Source: Dicyema japonicum (Eukaryota; Animalia; Dicyemida). Taken from it: DNA of 64,000 nucleotides. The position numbers and the translations under genes are program-made. The notes under the pieces were generated by a model. It worked only from the letters and a program-made list of their open reading frames with translations. It did not search any database and was not told where the DNA came from. The stretch is from assembly GCA_011109175.1 (NCBI GenBank), contig RDEW01000046.1, forward strand, positions 263,545 through 327,544, read 5' to 3'. Of the stretch, positions 60,641 through 64,000 are shown piece after piece. The first letter of the stretch is position 1. The number at the start of each line of letters is the position of its first letter.

Positions 60641-61700
60641 TCAGGACTATCAGAGGTCTAGAGTGCATCCTTTGTACATGCTCCACTCCTTGCATTGGCC
60701 ACTTTAATCTCAAGAAAGATCGAAATTGATTTGTATGAAGGAGTCGAGCCTCTGTCCGTCGGTTTTCGAGATTACCCATGCTCCAGAGTTATACCTAAGG
60801 ATCGGTTTCACGAAGGCCTCATACAACCTGAGTTGGAATGACAGGCAAAGGGACGCCTTTGGATCCTATCTAAAGTTCTTTCATGGTCAGCGTAGATAAT
60901 AATTTTCTCCTGGCAATGCCTTCGGACTCACAAGAAGGAGCAAGTGTTATGGTCTTCTTCGGTATTGCGTGGTTTCATCCGTTTGATCTCAACGATGTTC
61001 CTTAATAGAGACTATTTATCCAAGTGGTCTAGTCTACCTCCAGGAGACGTCTAAGTGCATCTTTGCTACTTGACACAAAGTCAACATCATCGGCTTAAAC
61101 AATTTCCATAATATCGTCGCTGTAATACTTCCGGAATCTCGTAGAGCAGATTCAAGGTGCTGGGCCAAATTTAACAATTTTAAGGATATGTTGTATGGTC
61201 CCGGAGAGAGACCAAATTTGAGCACCTTTATCGTTATGGAAACCTCCTCCGGTAAGATGATCTACTCGAGTTTACAATCTTCTGGCATGAAGTCCGATTT
61301 CTCTCCTTTCACAAAGAACGTGTGATGCGACGAACTCTGTCTGTTCGGCAGCAATTCCTGTTGTTTTTCCATTTTTGTCGTGCAAAATAAGCTTCCCTGA
61401 TTGGTCCACATTGGTCGCATAGCCATGTTGCAGCGTTGTTTTTAAGTTGATCGACTTCTTTAACCATTTTTTCCAACAGGATGGTATGACGTTGATTTTT
61501 TAGAGTTTGTTTATTCTCTCGAATTGCCATTGTTCTTGTTTAAGTTTGAAAAAGTGCGGATCCATTTTCGTACAAGACAGGTTCAATACGGCTGGCACGA
61601 CTGGGTGGAGTTAAGGATTCCCAGGCTTTCTCGTTGGAAGATCTGTTCCTATATTTTTCACACTCTTAGTAATCACCTCAGCCGAAAACAGAGATAATAC
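60640..61700 (-). mobile_element. Internally deleted RTE
   Basis: SPGPYNISL is fused directly to HLESALRD; LYEAFVKPIL follows. Confidence 0.7.
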
Positions 61701-61782
61701 TCATCTCATCAACCACAGAATAGTTGAAGATAACACCAAAAGTTAAAAGGGAAGAAAGGTTAGGAAAATATAATCAATTAAA

Positions 61783-62997
<1,215 letters not shown>

Positions 62998-63024
62998 TTA
63001 TAACGCCGCTAACGGATTGCTCAA

Positions 63025-63056
63025 TTTATAATATGAAAGAAGGTTGCCTAATTTGG
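63025..63056 (-). promoter_or_regulatory. Actin promoter: CArG box CCTAATTTGG (63047-63056) and TATAAA (63025-63030)
   Basis: Exact CC(A/T)6GG match upstream of TATAAA and about 56 bp from the ATG, in the expected order. Confidence 0.65.
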
Positions 63057-63339
63057 AAATTTTTGGACATGCCGGTATCGATTTGAATTGCCCATTCAAT
63101 AGAAGAGTATAATCGATTAGTCATACTAAATTTATTGGCGAATAAGGATTGTAGTGCATTCCATTGATTAGATTTATCATGGGTCACTTATCAGTAATTT
63201 GATTAATATCGATTTGTGCTGAGTTTTAAAATATTTATTATGTCCATACAATAAGGACAATTGTCTTTTCAACGATATAAACAGTTTAACTATGGGTTCT
63301 CAACAGATAATTGCTATAAATTGATGAAAATTAAAATGC

Positions 63340-63990
63340 TTCAATTATAATGAAACCGATTAACCTGATAAAATCTGACGTGCTCGGGCCAATAAAGCCA
63401 GACGTCTGAACGGAGATCGGCTGGAAAACGAACCGGTACATGATGCCGTGGTACTTCCTCCTTTTCATATGTTCGATGTGATCTCTGCGGAACTCGCAAC
63501 GATGATTTAATTAAATTCCCATTAGAGAAGGTGTCTATGCATGTTAAATCCCAAGCAAGACACCTCCTTCGGCTCCGTGGCATGGTTGTTACGCCACCCG
63601 GCATCTTGCTATCGCCTCTATCAAAACCGACATTGTTTGGTTAATGCGTGTAAAAGTGCACTGAAGAAAAGGTTCCTCGAGAAAGGGTCGATGGCACCAC
63701 TGATTAGTCTGTTGACCAAATTTTTAATAGATCTGATTAAGTTCTGTCCCGCCTCTACAGTGCTTCCAGAGATGAGATCTTTTACATGTCCAGTCAGTAA
63801 ACCATCAATGCCGCTCTGCTGGAGCTTCGAAAAATCGAATTCCGTTAATAACTGCTCATCTGAAGTAACAAGCATAAGAAAACTGTTATGTAGGACAACA
63901 TAAATATGGCCTGGCGGCCTTGGAGGTGTTTCCTAGCAATCGTATCCAATGTTGAGGCCGAATAGGGAAAATAATGTCATTTTACTCAAC
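63340..63990 (-). mobile_element. CRE remnant
   Basis: GAIDPFSRNLFFSALLHAL and CLAWDLTCIDTF; similar to 28066-28930. Confidence 0.8.
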
Positions 63991-64000
63991 AACCCCGAGG

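Overview
AT-rich animal genomic DNA using the standard genetic code. It holds about 16 compact host genes, which I traced by hand through spliceosomal micro-introns of 20-31 nt. Roughly 60% of the window is retroelement debris. Host genes are an NHL/beta-propeller protein, a minimal HP1, M1AP, LACTB, RFC5, an ANKRD53-like protein, GPN1 (frame-disrupted in this sequence), an N-acylated globin, SSR3, glycogen phosphorylase, HSCB, a CUB-LDLa secreted protein, MRPS18C, a divergent actin and two orphans. Metazoan gene content with about 24-nt introns fits a dicyemid mesozoan best; this is an inference. Mobile DNA comprises RTE-clade LINEs (one with an intact ORF), I/Jockey-like APE-RT LINEs, CRE-clade RLE elements, a PHD+APE fragment, hAT and possible pogo remnants, and an apparently new tRNA-derived SINE. 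The most unusual signal is repeated junction patching in retroelements using nearby DNA: 28 bp copied from the glycogen phosphorylase gene, 195 bp copied from 2.7 kb away, and an element's own segment relocated in inverted orientation. Also notable are a CRE-RTE chimera inside one target-site duplication and a covarying 3' stem-loop in the LINE family. All alignments and family calls were made by eye and from memory; no searches were run, and element boundaries are approximate.
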